A stretch of DNA of 64,000 nucleotides. Origin: an uncultured Pelagibacteraceae bacterium. GTDB lineage: Bacteria > Pseudomonadota > Alphaproteobacteria > Pelagibacterales > AG-422-B15. A program made the translations under genes and the position numbers. A model generated the notes under the pieces. That model did not search any database and had not been told where the DNA came from. It saw only the letters and a program-made list of their open reading frames with translations. The stretch is from positions 25,051-89,050 of the forward strand of contig CACFAO010000001.1 of NCBI GenBank assembly GCA_902564295.1, given 5' to 3'. Shown here in pieces: positions 17,744 through 29,846 of this stretch; the stretch's first letter is position 1; each line of letters starts with the position of its first letter.

Positions 17744-18943
17744 ATGGTTGAATTTTCACAAAAAATACAAATTGCAAAAATTGTAGCTAAAGATCAAGTT
17801 TATAAGGTTCAGGAAAAGTGGCAAACTTCCAAATCAGGAAAAAACTCTCTTACAAAAGACCCAGCTTATAACGCTGCAAATCCCAAACACTTTATTCCAA
17901 TGATGGATGAAGATCGCTATAGTGATCGATCAGATGCTTTTGATAAAATAATTAGTGCTACACATAAACATTTTTGGGATCCAAACGACAAAAAATACAT
18001 TGATTTTGATATTCCATTTGACATAGAAAATGAAAACATTGTTGATCCTGATGGACCTTTCGGGATAGAGCTTCAAGTTCCAAGTATTAGAGAGAAGTTG
18101 TCAAAAGATCAATTAATCAAATTAAACAACGAGAGTTTTAGATTTGTATTATCACAAATTCTACATGGAGAACAAGCTGCTCTATCATTAAGTGCAAGTT
18201 TATGTCACGTATTAAGAGATCCTGGCGCTCAAGAGTACGCAGCTAATCAAACAAGAGAAGAAGCTAGACATGTTGCTGGTTTTACTAAATATATACAAGC
18301 AAGATGGGGTTCACCTTACAAAGTTGGTCCAACTTTAGGTAGGGTAGCTAATGAGATTGTTTCTTCTGATTTAGTTTATAAAAAGATTATAGGAATGCAA
18401 ATGATGATTGAGGGGTTGGCTATGGGAGCATTTGCAATGGCATATGAAAATACAAATGACCCAGTATTGAAAACGTTATTAAAATACACGATGAGCGACG
18501 AAGCATTTCATCATAAATTTGGCAAAATTTGGGCAGACAGAACAGTACCAAAATTGACTAAGAAAGAGCATATCAAAGTTGAAGATTGGGCAGAGAAGAT
18601 ATTTGTTGAACTTCTATTTAACCTAGTTAATCCATTTGAGAAGAAACATGTATATTCCTGTGTTGGTTTAGACCATAAGTGGGTTGATCAAGAATTCCAT
18701 AAATATATTGATCAGGGTGAAGTAATCAAGGACGAGATGAAAAATCAAAATAATATCTTCAGAGTTCTCGTTAAAACACTTTTAAAGGCTCACATAATTA
18801 CTGACAGAACTAGAGCAACTTATGCAGAATTTGTCAACATGGATGAGTTAAACAATGAAAGTGATACTGTTGCTGGTCAGGAAATTGCTGATCAAGGTGT
18901 AAACGCCTTAAGTGAAATTAATCAACTAAAGAAAACTGCTTAA
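17744..18943 (+). CDS. Ferritin-like di-iron carboxylate protein, function unknown (R2/AurF/acyl-ACP-desaturase-like four-helix-bundle ligand pattern)
   Basis: The candidate ligand set is E143 (HGEQAA), E173-x-x-H176 (EEARH), E223 (MIEG) and E253-x-x-H256 (DEAFH), with spacing 30/50/30. It is flanked by N- and C-terminal regions of about 130 aa each that contain no motif I recognise. Confidence 0.6.
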   Translation: MVEFSQKIQIAKIVAKDQVYKVQEKWQTSKSGKNSLTKDPAYNAANPKHFIPMMDEDRYSDRSDAFDKIISATHKHFWDPNDKKYIDFDIPFDIENENIVDPDGPFGIELQVPSIREKLSKDQLIKLNNESFRFVLSQILHGEQAALSLSASLCHVLRDPGAQEYAANQTREEARHVAGFTKYIQARWGSPYKVGPTLGRVANEIVSSDLVYKKIIGMQMMIEGLAMGAFAMAYENTNDPVLKTLLKYTMSDEAFHHKFGKIWADRTVPKLTKKEHIKVEDWAEKIFVELLFNLVNPFEKKHVYSCVGLDHKWVDQEFHKYIDQGEVIKDEMKNQNNIFRVLVKTLLKAHIITDRTRATYAEFVNMDELNNESDTVAGQEIADQGVNALSEINQLKKTA

Positions 18944-18947
18944 ACAA

Positions 18948-19505
18948 TTATTTCGGAGATTTCTTTTGCAGTATTCTCTGTAAAGTTCGCCTGTGCATTT
19001 TTAATCTTCGAGCGGTCTCAGAAACATTTCGGTTACAAAGCTCATATACTCTTAATATATGCTCCCATTTTACCCTATCTGCAGACATAGGATTTTGCGG
19101 AGGCTCAGGTGTTGATGCATAAGGTGCCTTTAGTGCAGCCTCAATATCATCAGCATCGGCTGGTTTTGCAAGATAATCGCAAGCCCCTTCTTTTACAGCA
19201 GCTACTGCGGTTGGTATATTGCCATAGCCAGTGAGCATTACTATTTTACTATCTGGTCTTTTATTAGATAAAATTGAAACGACCTCCAAGCCGTTACCAT
19301 CATTTAAGCGTAAATCAATCACAGCATATTTTGGGGCATTTGTATTAACCAATGATATAGCTTCTGATACTGATGATGCCCCAAAAGCATCATAGCCCTT
19401 ACGTTTCATTGCAGTAATCAATCTATTACGAAATACGTCATCATCATCAATAATCATTAATGATTTGTCATTATTTATTTTGTAAACTTCGCCTACGTTA
19501 TTCAT
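18948..19505 (-). CDS. regA: Redox-responsive response regulator RegA/PrrA/ActR
   Basis: A receiver domain is followed by the nearly invariant RegA HTH tail NVSETARRLKMHRRTLQRILQKKSP. The gene overlaps regB by 8 nt. Confidence 0.9.
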   Translation of the reverse strand: MNNVGEVYKINNDKSLMIIDDDDVFRNRLITAMKRKGYDAFGASSVSEAISLVNTNAPKYAVIDLRLNDGNGLEVVSILSNKRPDSKIVMLTGYGNIPTAVAAVKEGACDYLAKPADADDIEAALKAPYASTPEPPQNPMSADRVKWEHILRVYELCNRNVSETARRLKMHRRTLQRILQKKSPK

Positions 19506-20790
19506 TGGATAAATTGAGGAAATTTTTTGACAAAATTATTTTTACTTTTCCTCCACCGCCTTTCATATGAAAAAATTTAATCTCACCTTGAGACTTTGCA
19601 AGTAAGTTTTTTGAAATGAATAAACCTAAGCCAAGACCTTGTTTTTTAGCCTTATTATTACTGATGTAAGGTTCCCCTAGGAAAGGGAAAATTTCTGGTG
19701 CAAACCCAGGGCCATCATCTGCCACTTCGATTATGATATTATCTCTTTCACTAATTAAATTGATATCTATTTGTGATTTTGCAAATTTAAATGCATTGTC
19801 AACTACATTGGTTATAGAGTGAACAATTTCTGCTGACCTTGGTATTGTAACATTAGTATTTTCAAAATAGGGATCATTAGAAATTATAACATTTATATTA
19901 TGATCATACGAGGATGTAATTTCATTAATCAAACGAATAAAGTCTAACTGATTTATAAACGCATTATTTTTATCGTCTAAATTATTTGATCTTAATCTTT
20001 CGAGTATATCACTGCATCTTTTAAGCTGAGATTGTACAACATTTAAATCTTCTTTTACTTGTTCATCATTATTATTATTGACAAGTTCTTTTGTAATGAC
20101 TGAAATAGTTGACAACGGGGTACCTAGTTCGTGTACTGCTGCAGCTGTTAAACCCATGAGTGCTGAAACTTTTTCCTCATTTGAAAGAGAAAGCTGTGTT
20201 TCCTTAAGCGCCTTTCGAGTTTTTCTTGAGTCATCAGCAACCCGGAAACAGTAAAATGTAAGAAATATTGCAGCAATTATTAATGCCGACCATATTAAAA
20301 ATATTTCAAATCTAGAAAATTCATTTTGACTAATACCTAGTGCATAGCTCTCTAATGGAAAATAAAAAAATGCAAGAAAATTGAGTGAGATGATAGCTAT
20401 TAAAGTAATAATAATTATTCTTTTTAGATCAAGATAGGTTGCTGCAATTACAAGAGGTGCAAGTATTAATACAGAAAAGGGGTTTGTTAATCCTCCAGTT
20501 AAAAAAAGAAGGCCGACTAACTGAAGTAAATCAAAAACAAGAATAAAAAAAGTTTCATTGTAATTAAGTATTTTCGTTAAAGGATAAAAAATACTTACAA
20601 GGATATTTAATATAACGCTGAGTAAGATTAAAAATATACAGAAATATATGCTAAAGCTTATCTCAAAATAAAAATATGCAATTACAACGGCAAAAAACTG
20701 ACCAAATACAGCTGTCCAATGTATAAGATTTAAAGTTCTTAATTTTAAATTAATTTCTTCATCAAAAGATTGTTTAATCAAGTTGGCCAA
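19498..20790 (-). CDS. regB: Redox sensor histidine kinase RegB/PrrB/ActS
   Basis: The N-terminus is multi-TM and carries the RegB quinone-site heptapeptide GGLTNPF (GGxxNPF). The H-box AAVHELGTPLSTI, a Cys in the 'redox-box' region (LKRCSDILERL) and the G boxes DDGPGF / GLGLGLF are present. Confidence 0.9.
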   Translation of the reverse strand: MANLIKQSFDEEINLKLRTLNLIHWTAVFGQFFAVVIAYFYFEISFSIYFCIFLILLSVILNILVSIFYPLTKILNYNETFFILVFDLLQLVGLLFLTGGLTNPFSVLILAPLVIAATYLDLKRIIIITLIAIISLNFLAFFYFPLESYALGISQNEFSRFEIFLIWSALIIAAIFLTFYCFRVADDSRKTRKALKETQLSLSNEEKVSALMGLTAAAVHELGTPLSTISVITKELVNNNNDEQVKEDLNVVQSQLKRCSDILERLRSNNLDDKNNAFINQLDFIRLINEITSSYDHNINVIISNDPYFENTNVTIPRSAEIVHSITNVVDNAFKFAKSQIDINLISERDNIIIEVADDGPGFAPEIFPFLGEPYISNNKAKKQGLGLGLFISKNLLAKSQGEIKFFHMKGGGGKVKIILSKNFLNLSNE

Positions 20791-20855
20791 AATTTATTTC
20801 CTATTATTAATTATATTAATCTAATAATATTCTATATTCTTTCAATCACTAAAAC

Positions 20856-23971
<3,116 letters not shown>

Positions 23972-23993
23972 TTATAAGTTTTGTTTTCATGTA

Positions 23994-25109
23994 CTATACA
24001 ATATTTTTCATATCAAAGAAAACAGTTTGGTTATTAATATTCTCAAATAGATCTTTTGAAACACCTGAGAACCATACTTGTGATTTTAAGCGTTCTAGTT
24101 CACTAAATAGAAATTCTTTATGTTCAGTATCAAGATGTGCCATTGCCTCATCAATTAAAATAATAGGAGAACGTTTGTTGTTTTGATTTTTTACCATATT
24201 AGCTACTGATAAAAATATAGATAGTAAAATAGATTTTTGTTCCCCAGTTGAACAATTTCTTGCTTCAATAATCCTTTGAGTATTATTGAATATTTTAATC
24301 TCTACCTTATTGACTGTTAAAGTAGTTTTATTTAATGCAGTGTCTATTTCCCTGTTTTTATTTAATGCAATCATATACTTTTCAGTAAAAACTTCAGAAT
24401 TACTAATATTACCTAATTTGGAAAGTTCATGAGTAATGTCGATTTGACATGCATTAAAAGGAACTTTAACAGATCTTAGATTATCATTAAGCTGGTCTAT
24501 GAAGTTTATCCTATCAATTAGTAATCTTACCGAGAGGTTTGCAATATTTTTTTCGATAATACCTAACCAATTGGTATCATAGTTTTTTTGTTTCAATATA
24601 AATAATCTCTCGCTAAGGAATTTTTGTAGTTTTGTATAATTCTTTAAGTGATTTTTATTTATATTAAAAATAAGTCGATCAAAAAAATTTCTCTTCTCAG
24701 AATTACTTTGAATTATTACTTTTTCCATGATTGGCGTAATCCATAATATATTTATGAATTCTAACAATTGAAAATTTGAGATTTTCTCATTATCTGCTGA
24801 TATATAATTCTTATTTTTTTCTGCAGATGAAAAACTTCGAAAGAGTTCAATTTCACCAGACTCGTACTTAATATTTATTCTTATCTCAAAACTCTTCTGA
24901 TCCCTATTCTTATTTGGTATTTCTAAAAAGCGAGAATTTTTTATACCACGACCAGGTGAAAAAAGTGATATAGCCTCCAAAATATTTGTTTTTCCTGATC
25001 CATTATTTCCGTTAAGTACAATAAATGAACCAAGATCTTTCAGAGTTGTATTTAAATGATTTTTAAAATTAATTAATGAAATTTTGTCAATCCTAGTATC
25101 AGGATACAT
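23994..25109 (-). CDS. recF: DNA replication and repair protein RecF
   Basis: The Walker A motif GNNGSGKTNILEAIS and an SMC-like signature region (STGEQKS) are present, with Walker B ILIDEAMAHLD. The gene sits in the canonical dnaA-dnaN-recF-gyrB order. Confidence 0.93.
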   Translation of the reverse strand: MYPDTRIDKISLINFKNHLNTTLKDLGSFIVLNGNNGSGKTNILEAISLFSPGRGIKNSRFLEIPNKNRDQKSFEIRINIKYESGEIELFRSFSSAEKNKNYISADNEKISNFQLLEFINILWITPIMEKVIIQSNSEKRNFFDRLIFNINKNHLKNYTKLQKFLSERLFILKQKNYDTNWLGIIEKNIANLSVRLLIDRINFIDQLNDNLRSVKVPFNACQIDITHELSKLGNISNSEVFTEKYMIALNKNREIDTALNKTTLTVNKVEIKIFNNTQRIIEARNCSTGEQKSILLSIFLSVANMVKNQNNKRSPIILIDEAMAHLDTEHKEFLFSELERLKSQVWFSGVSKDLFENINNQTVFFDMKNIV

Positions 25110-25111
25110 AA

Positions 25112-26239
25112 TTAAATTCGCATAGGCATAAGAACAAAAAATAAATTTTCATCTGTATTATCAAGAATAATTGCTGGAGAGACAGAATCTAATAAACTTA
25201 TGTCAACTTCCTCCCCATCAATTTCATTACAAACATCTATGATATATTTAGAATTAAAACCAATATCAACTTTATCACCACCGTAACTAATGTCTATTAT
25301 TTCGTTTGCTGAACCTCTTGATTTACTTTCAACACTTAAATTGAGCTTATTATCTTCTAAAGAAAGTTTGATTGCTTTTGATTTAGACTCTTCATTAGCT
25401 GCAACTGCCGAAACACGATCAATGGCATTTTTTAACTCAATATTATTTGTCTTAAAATTTTTATCATTATTTTGAGGTATAACTTTTGTGTAGTCTGGAA
25501 ATGTACCATCAATAACCTTTGAAATAATTTTTAGATCATTAAAAGTAAATTTAATTTTATTTTCGTTTAATGAAATACTCACGTCGCCATTAGCGTCATC
25601 AAGCACTTTTCTTAATTCAAAAATAGTCTTCTTAGGAATAATAACACCAGTTATTTCCTCAGCACCCTGTGGGAGCGGTATATCATATTGAGCCAAACGA
25701 TGACCATCTGTTGCGACAGCCCTCAAAAATTGAATAGAGCTTCTATCTGCTTTATGCAAAAAGATACCATTTAAATAATATCTCGTTTCTTCGTTAGACA
25801 CTGCAAACTTAGTTTTGTCTATAATCCTAATCAACTCATCAGCGCTCATAACAAAATTTGTTGTTAAATCATTGTCAGAAATTATTGGAAAATCGTCAGT
25901 CTTAAGAGTTGATAAATTGAATTTAGATCTTCCACATTTAAGTATAATCTCATTCTCTCCTTCTTCCATTGTCATCACAACCTCTGACCCTGATGGGAGT
26001 CGTTTGACAATTTCAAAAAATGTTACTGCTGGAACTGAGATTTCACCTGATATAGAAACTTCCGCCTTAATTTTATCTGCACAATATATGTCAAGGTTTG
26101 TAGATGAGAGTGTTAATTCATTCTCTCTTGCTTCTAGTATAATGTTAGAAAGTATTGGTAAGGTATGTCTAACCTCTACTATGCCCTGAATATGAGACAG
26201 TGCTTTCAATAGGTCTGAACTATTTATTTTAAATTCCAT
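25112..26239 (-). CDS. dnaN: DNA polymerase III beta sliding clamp
   Basis: The 375-aa protein has the beta-clamp three-domain pattern (..LPILSNIL.., ..ATDGHRLA.., C-terminal ..MPMRI) and lies downstream of dnaA. Confidence 0.96.
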   Translation of the reverse strand: MEFKINSSDLLKALSHIQGIVEVRHTLPILSNIILEARENELTLSSTNLDIYCADKIKAEVSISGEISVPAVTFFEIVKRLPSGSEVVMTMEEGENEIILKCGRSKFNLSTLKTDDFPIISDNDLTTNFVMSADELIRIIDKTKFAVSNEETRYYLNGIFLHKADRSSIQFLRAVATDGHRLAQYDIPLPQGAEEITGVIIPKKTIFELRKVLDDANGDVSISLNENKIKFTFNDLKIISKVIDGTFPDYTKVIPQNNDKNFKTNNIELKNAIDRVSAVAANEESKSKAIKLSLEDNKLNLSVESKSRGSANEIIDISYGGDKVDIGFNSKYIIDVCNEIDGEEVDISLLDSVSPAIILDNTDENLFFVLMPMRI

Positions 26240-26263
26240 AAATTATTATGCATCGGTAATTGA

Positions 26264-27673
26264 TCAAATAGAAGTTATCATTTGAGTAATCAAGTTTACA
26301 TCTTCATCAAATTTAGAGTCATGTTCTTTTAATTCATCAATTTTTTTCACTGCATGAATAACAGTTGTGTGGTCTCTTCCTCCAAATTTTCTTCCTATCT
26401 CTGGTAGCGATCTAGTAGTAAGTTTTTTTGATAAGTACATTGCTACTTGCCTTGGTCTTGCGAAAGTTCTTATTCTTCTACTAGATACAAGATCATCAAG
26501 CTTAATGTTGTAATAACTTGATACTTTCTTCTGAATTTCATCAATAGTAATTCTTCTATCTTTTGACTTTAGTAAATCTTTTAAAACAGACTTAGTTAAC
26601 TCAACATCAATTTTCTTACCTAAAATATTTGAAAATGTATAAACTTTGTTTAAAGCACCTTCAAGCTCTCTTACATTAGAAGTAATTGTTTTCGCTAAAA
26701 ACGACAATACCTCCTCATCTAGACTTAATGAATTCTTATTTCGATCAATAAGTTCTTCATATTTATTTTTGATAATTGAAAATCTCAAATTAAAGTCTGC
26801 GGGCATAATATCTACCACTAATCCACCAGACAATCTTGACTTCATTCGTTCGTTAAAACTACCTAATTCACTAGGCGATCTATCTCCTGAAATTATAACT
26901 TTTTTATTCATATCCAGCAGAGAGTTAAAAGTATGAAAAAACTCCTCTTGTGTTGATACTTTACCAATCATGAACTGAATGTCATCAAGTATCAATACAT
27001 CTACTGATCTGAATTTTTGTTTGAATGACATTGTGTCTTTTTGTCTTAGAGATTTTATGAATTGAAACATAAATCTTTCAGCAGATAGATATAAAACGCT
27101 ATTAACTATATTTTCTTCTTTCAGTTCCCATCCAATTGCATGTAGTAAGTGAGTTTTTCCTAAACCAACACCTCCATAAATATAAAGAGGGTTAAAATCA
27201 TTTACGTTAGTTGAGCAAAATCTTTTTGCAGAAGCAAAAGCAAGTTCATTGGATGGGCCAACCACAAATTTATTAAATTTAAATCTGTCATCTAATGGCC
27301 AATCATCAATAAAATTAGACGAGTTTGTATTACTATTTATTTGTCTTTGATCATTTGGATCTTTGTCAATATTGAGCATGTTAGCGGTGAGTGAATTATC
27401 AATATTTATTTTTACTCTTTTTATTTGTGAGTTTTCTTGGTTTAGAAAAAATATAATTTTATCTAAGTAATGTGAAGTGATCCAATCCCTAATAAATCTT
27501 GTGGGCACAGTAAAATATAAAACATCTTCATCTAGGCTTTTTATTGAGATATTCTTGATCCAACTATTAAATATTTCATTTCCATATTCTGCATTAAGCT
27601 TTTTTAAAACTGAATTCCATTGTGCTTTTAGGTTTATTGCTGAAGCTTGGTTCTGATTTAAATCTTGATACAT
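26264..27673 (-). CDS. dnaA: Chromosomal replication initiator protein DnaA
   Basis: The AAA+ Walker A GGVGLGKTHLLHAIG, Walker B LILDDIQF and the domain IV DNA-binding helix (..GGRDHTTVIHAVKKI..) are present. Confidence 0.98.
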   Translation of the reverse strand: MYQDLNQNQASAINLKAQWNSVLKKLNAEYGNEIFNSWIKNISIKSLDEDVLYFTVPTRFIRDWITSHYLDKIIFFLNQENSQIKRVKINIDNSLTANMLNIDKDPNDQRQINSNTNSSNFIDDWPLDDRFKFNKFVVGPSNELAFASAKRFCSTNVNDFNPLYIYGGVGLGKTHLLHAIGWELKEENIVNSVLYLSAERFMFQFIKSLRQKDTMSFKQKFRSVDVLILDDIQFMIGKVSTQEEFFHTFNSLLDMNKKVIISGDRSPSELGSFNERMKSRLSGGLVVDIMPADFNLRFSIIKNKYEELIDRNKNSLSLDEEVLSFLAKTITSNVRELEGALNKVYTFSNILGKKIDVELTKSVLKDLLKSKDRRITIDEIQKKVSSYYNIKLDDLVSSRRIRTFARPRQVAMYLSKKLTTRSLPEIGRKFGGRDHTTVIHAVKKIDELKEHDSKFDEDVNLITQMITSI

Positions 27674-27998
27674 TTTAATTGCAAGCTCCTCCTTAGCACT
27701 AATAAAATCTTATATAATTTACAAAAAAAGCATATGTCTTTTTGAACTTTTTTTATTAAATTTTTATTTGAACAAAAAAAGCTATGACTAAATTATTAAT
27801 AATTTGAGTCTAAAAAAATTATTTTTTTTGAATAATTAAAAAAGATATTTTTAATTAAAATTAAACTAGCTCCTCTAAAAATGAATCGCAATAGTAAAAA
27901 GAATTAAGATACTTATAAAATTTAGAGTTAAATTACTGCGTTATGTTTGCATGTAACTTTCACTGCTTATCATAAGCTACGGAAAAAGTTTAATGAAT

Positions 27999-28262
27999 CT
28001 ATTTGAGAGATTTGATTTGACTAGATAGACGTGAGATTTTTCTAGAAGCGGTATTCTTGTGAACAATTTTTTTTGAGACAGCTGACATTATCTCTGACTC
28101 TGCATGCTTGAGAGCCTCTTTTGCCTCAACTTTATCACCTTTAACAATATTTAGTTCTACTTTTTTAATGTAGGTGCGATATCTATTCCTTACAGATTTA
28201 TTAATATCTGTTTTTTTAAAGATCTCTCTTACTTTACCTTTTGCAGATTTTGTATTAGCCAT
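27999..28262 (-). CDS. rpsT: 30S ribosomal protein S20
   Basis: The 87-aa basic protein starts MANTKSAKGKVRE.. and has the ..HKNTASRKISRL.. pattern. rpsT upstream of dnaA is common in alphaproteobacteria. Confidence 0.93.
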   Translation of the reverse strand: MANTKSAKGKVREIFKKTDINKSVRNRYRTYIKKVELNIVKGDKVEAKEALKHAESEIMSAVSKKIVHKNTASRKISRLSSQIKSLK

Positions 28263-28278
28263 AATTAACTATATTTTT

Positions 28279-29106
28279 TTATCTTTGACATTTAGAACAA
28301 TAAAATGATGAACGTTGTGCTATTACTATTCGTATTATGAGCGACTGACAAGATCTTTTTGCACATTTTGATCCTTCTCTGCCATAAACATACAATTTAT
28401 TTTGAAAATATCCCATCTTTCCAGAAACCATCGTATGATCGTTTATACTTGAACCACCTAATTTTATAGATTTTTTTAGTACACTTTTAATAGCACGTAC
28501 CAATTTTTCACAATCCCGATTTGTAATATCTTTACCTAACCTGGACGGGTGAATACCTGACATAAATAATGCTTCAGACGCATAAATATTTCCAACACCA
28601 ACAATATATTTTTGATTCATAATTATATTTTTAATTGGTGATTTTTTATTTTTCGTTACGTTTATAAGGTATCGATCATTAAATTGTCTATTAAGAGGTT
28701 CAACTCCAAGTTTCAAAAAGAACCTATGTCTATCTAATGAAGCCGTTTCTGTAACAAAAATATATCCAAATCTTCTTGGATCAATAAATTGAAAAACTAA
28801 GTTATTGTTAAAAAAAATCGAAAAATGTGTATGTTTGAATTTTTTTTTATTATTTTTTACAATAATAATCCTTCCTGACATGCCTAAATGTATTACTAAG
28901 GATCTGTTATTTGATAAATTTATAATTATATATTTTGCTCTTCGAAAAACAGTTGTCACTTTAGAACCCTCAACTTTTGAAGATAAATTTTTTTGGATAG
29001 GATATCTTAATTTACTTATATATTTATTGAATCGTAAAATTTTATGCTTATTAATTTTGCTTTTTATACCATTTACAACTGTTTGGACTTCTGGTAGCTC
29101 TGGCAT
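28279..29106 (-). CDS. mutM: Formamidopyrimidine-DNA glycosylase (Fpg/MutM)
   Basis: The catalytic N-terminus MPELPEV, an H2TH region and a C-terminal zinc finger (C-x2-C ... C-x2-C: ..KCAKRSC...YCSKCQ) are present. Confidence 0.93.
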   Translation of the reverse strand: MPELPEVQTVVNGIKSKINKHKILRFNKYISKLRYPIQKNLSSKVEGSKVTTVFRRAKYIIINLSNNRSLVIHLGMSGRIIIVKNNKKKFKHTHFSIFFNNNLVFQFIDPRRFGYIFVTETASLDRHRFFLKLGVEPLNRQFNDRYLINVTKNKKSPIKNIIMNQKYIVGVGNIYASEALFMSGIHPSRLGKDITNRDCEKLVRAIKSVLKKSIKLGGSSINDHTMVSGKMGYFQNKLYVYGREGSKCAKRSCQSLIIRIVIAQRSSFYCSKCQR

Positions 29107-29159
29107 ATATTATATTTATATTTTTTTAGTTTATAAGATATTAAATAAATAAGCGTATT

Positions 29160-29846
29160 ATGGAAACAAAAGAAGTTTTTGATAAAGTTGCGAGTAAATA
29201 CGATATCATGAATGATATTATGTCACTTGGTGCACATAGGTATTGGAAAGAATTACTAATCGATTGGCTTTCTCCAGAAAAAGAAATGCATATAATTGAT
29301 GTTGCCGGAGGAACTGGTGATGTTGCAAGACGATTTTTAAAAAGAGTTAAAGGCAAAGGAAAGGCTACTGTGTGTGATTCAAATGAATTTATGGTTGAAG
29401 AAGGAAAAAAAAATCACACCTTTAAAGATAAAATTGAATGGATTGTTGCATCTGCAGAAGATCTACCTTTTGAAGAAAATACATTTGATGCATACCTCGT
29501 ATCCTTTGGCGTTAGAAATTTTTCTAATATTGAAAAATCATTGGGTGAAGCGTATAGAGTGCTAAAACCAGGGGGAAAATTTTATTGCTTAGAATTTTCC
29601 AAAGCTGAGAATGAAACAATTTCAAATGTGTATAATTTTTATTCTTCAATTATACCAATAATGGGTAAAATTATTGTTGGAGATGAAAAACCTTATGAGT
29701 ACTTAACAAAAACAATTAGTAATTTCCCATCACAAGAAAATTTTAAAAAAATAATTGAGGGCACAAAATTTAAAGATGTAAACTATCGTAATATTTTTAA
29801 TGGAATAGTAGCAATACACAATGCTACAAAAATTATTAATGCTTAG
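29160..29846 (+). CDS. ubiE: Ubiquinone/menaquinone biosynthesis C-methyltransferase UbiE
   Basis: The pattern VFDKVASKYDIMNDIMSLG.HR.WK, the SAM motif DVAGGTGD and ..FG.RN.. are present. ubiB follows, as in many proteobacteria. Confidence 0.92.
   Translation: METKEVFDKVASKYDIMNDIMSLGAHRYWKELLIDWLSPEKEMHIIDVAGGTGDVARRFLKRVKGKGKATVCDSNEFMVEEGKKNHTFKDKIEWIVASAEDLPFEENTFDAYLVSFGVRNFSNIEKSLGEAYRVLKPGGKFYCLEFSKAENETISNVYNFYSSIIPIMGKIIVGDEKPYEYLTKTISNFPSQENFKKIIEGTKFKDVNYRNIFNGIVAIHNATKIINA

Noticed and set aside
25815-26189. Other shadow ORFs inside known genes. Examples are the 124-aa + ORF within dnaN, 9320-9661 within the MFS gene, 28805-29152 within mutM, 5884-6174 within chvG, and 26646-26936 within dnaA.
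   Set aside because: All are antisense or out of frame relative to strong homologues, are low-complexity, and carry no motifs. I treat them as non-coding.
27674-27998. The dnaA upstream spacer considered as the chromosomal origin (oriC).
   Set aside because: I saw no DnaA-box-like nonamer on either strand. In alphaproteobacteria the origin is often not adjacent to dnaA (it is near hemE in Caulobacter). This cannot be decided without whole-genome skew analysis.
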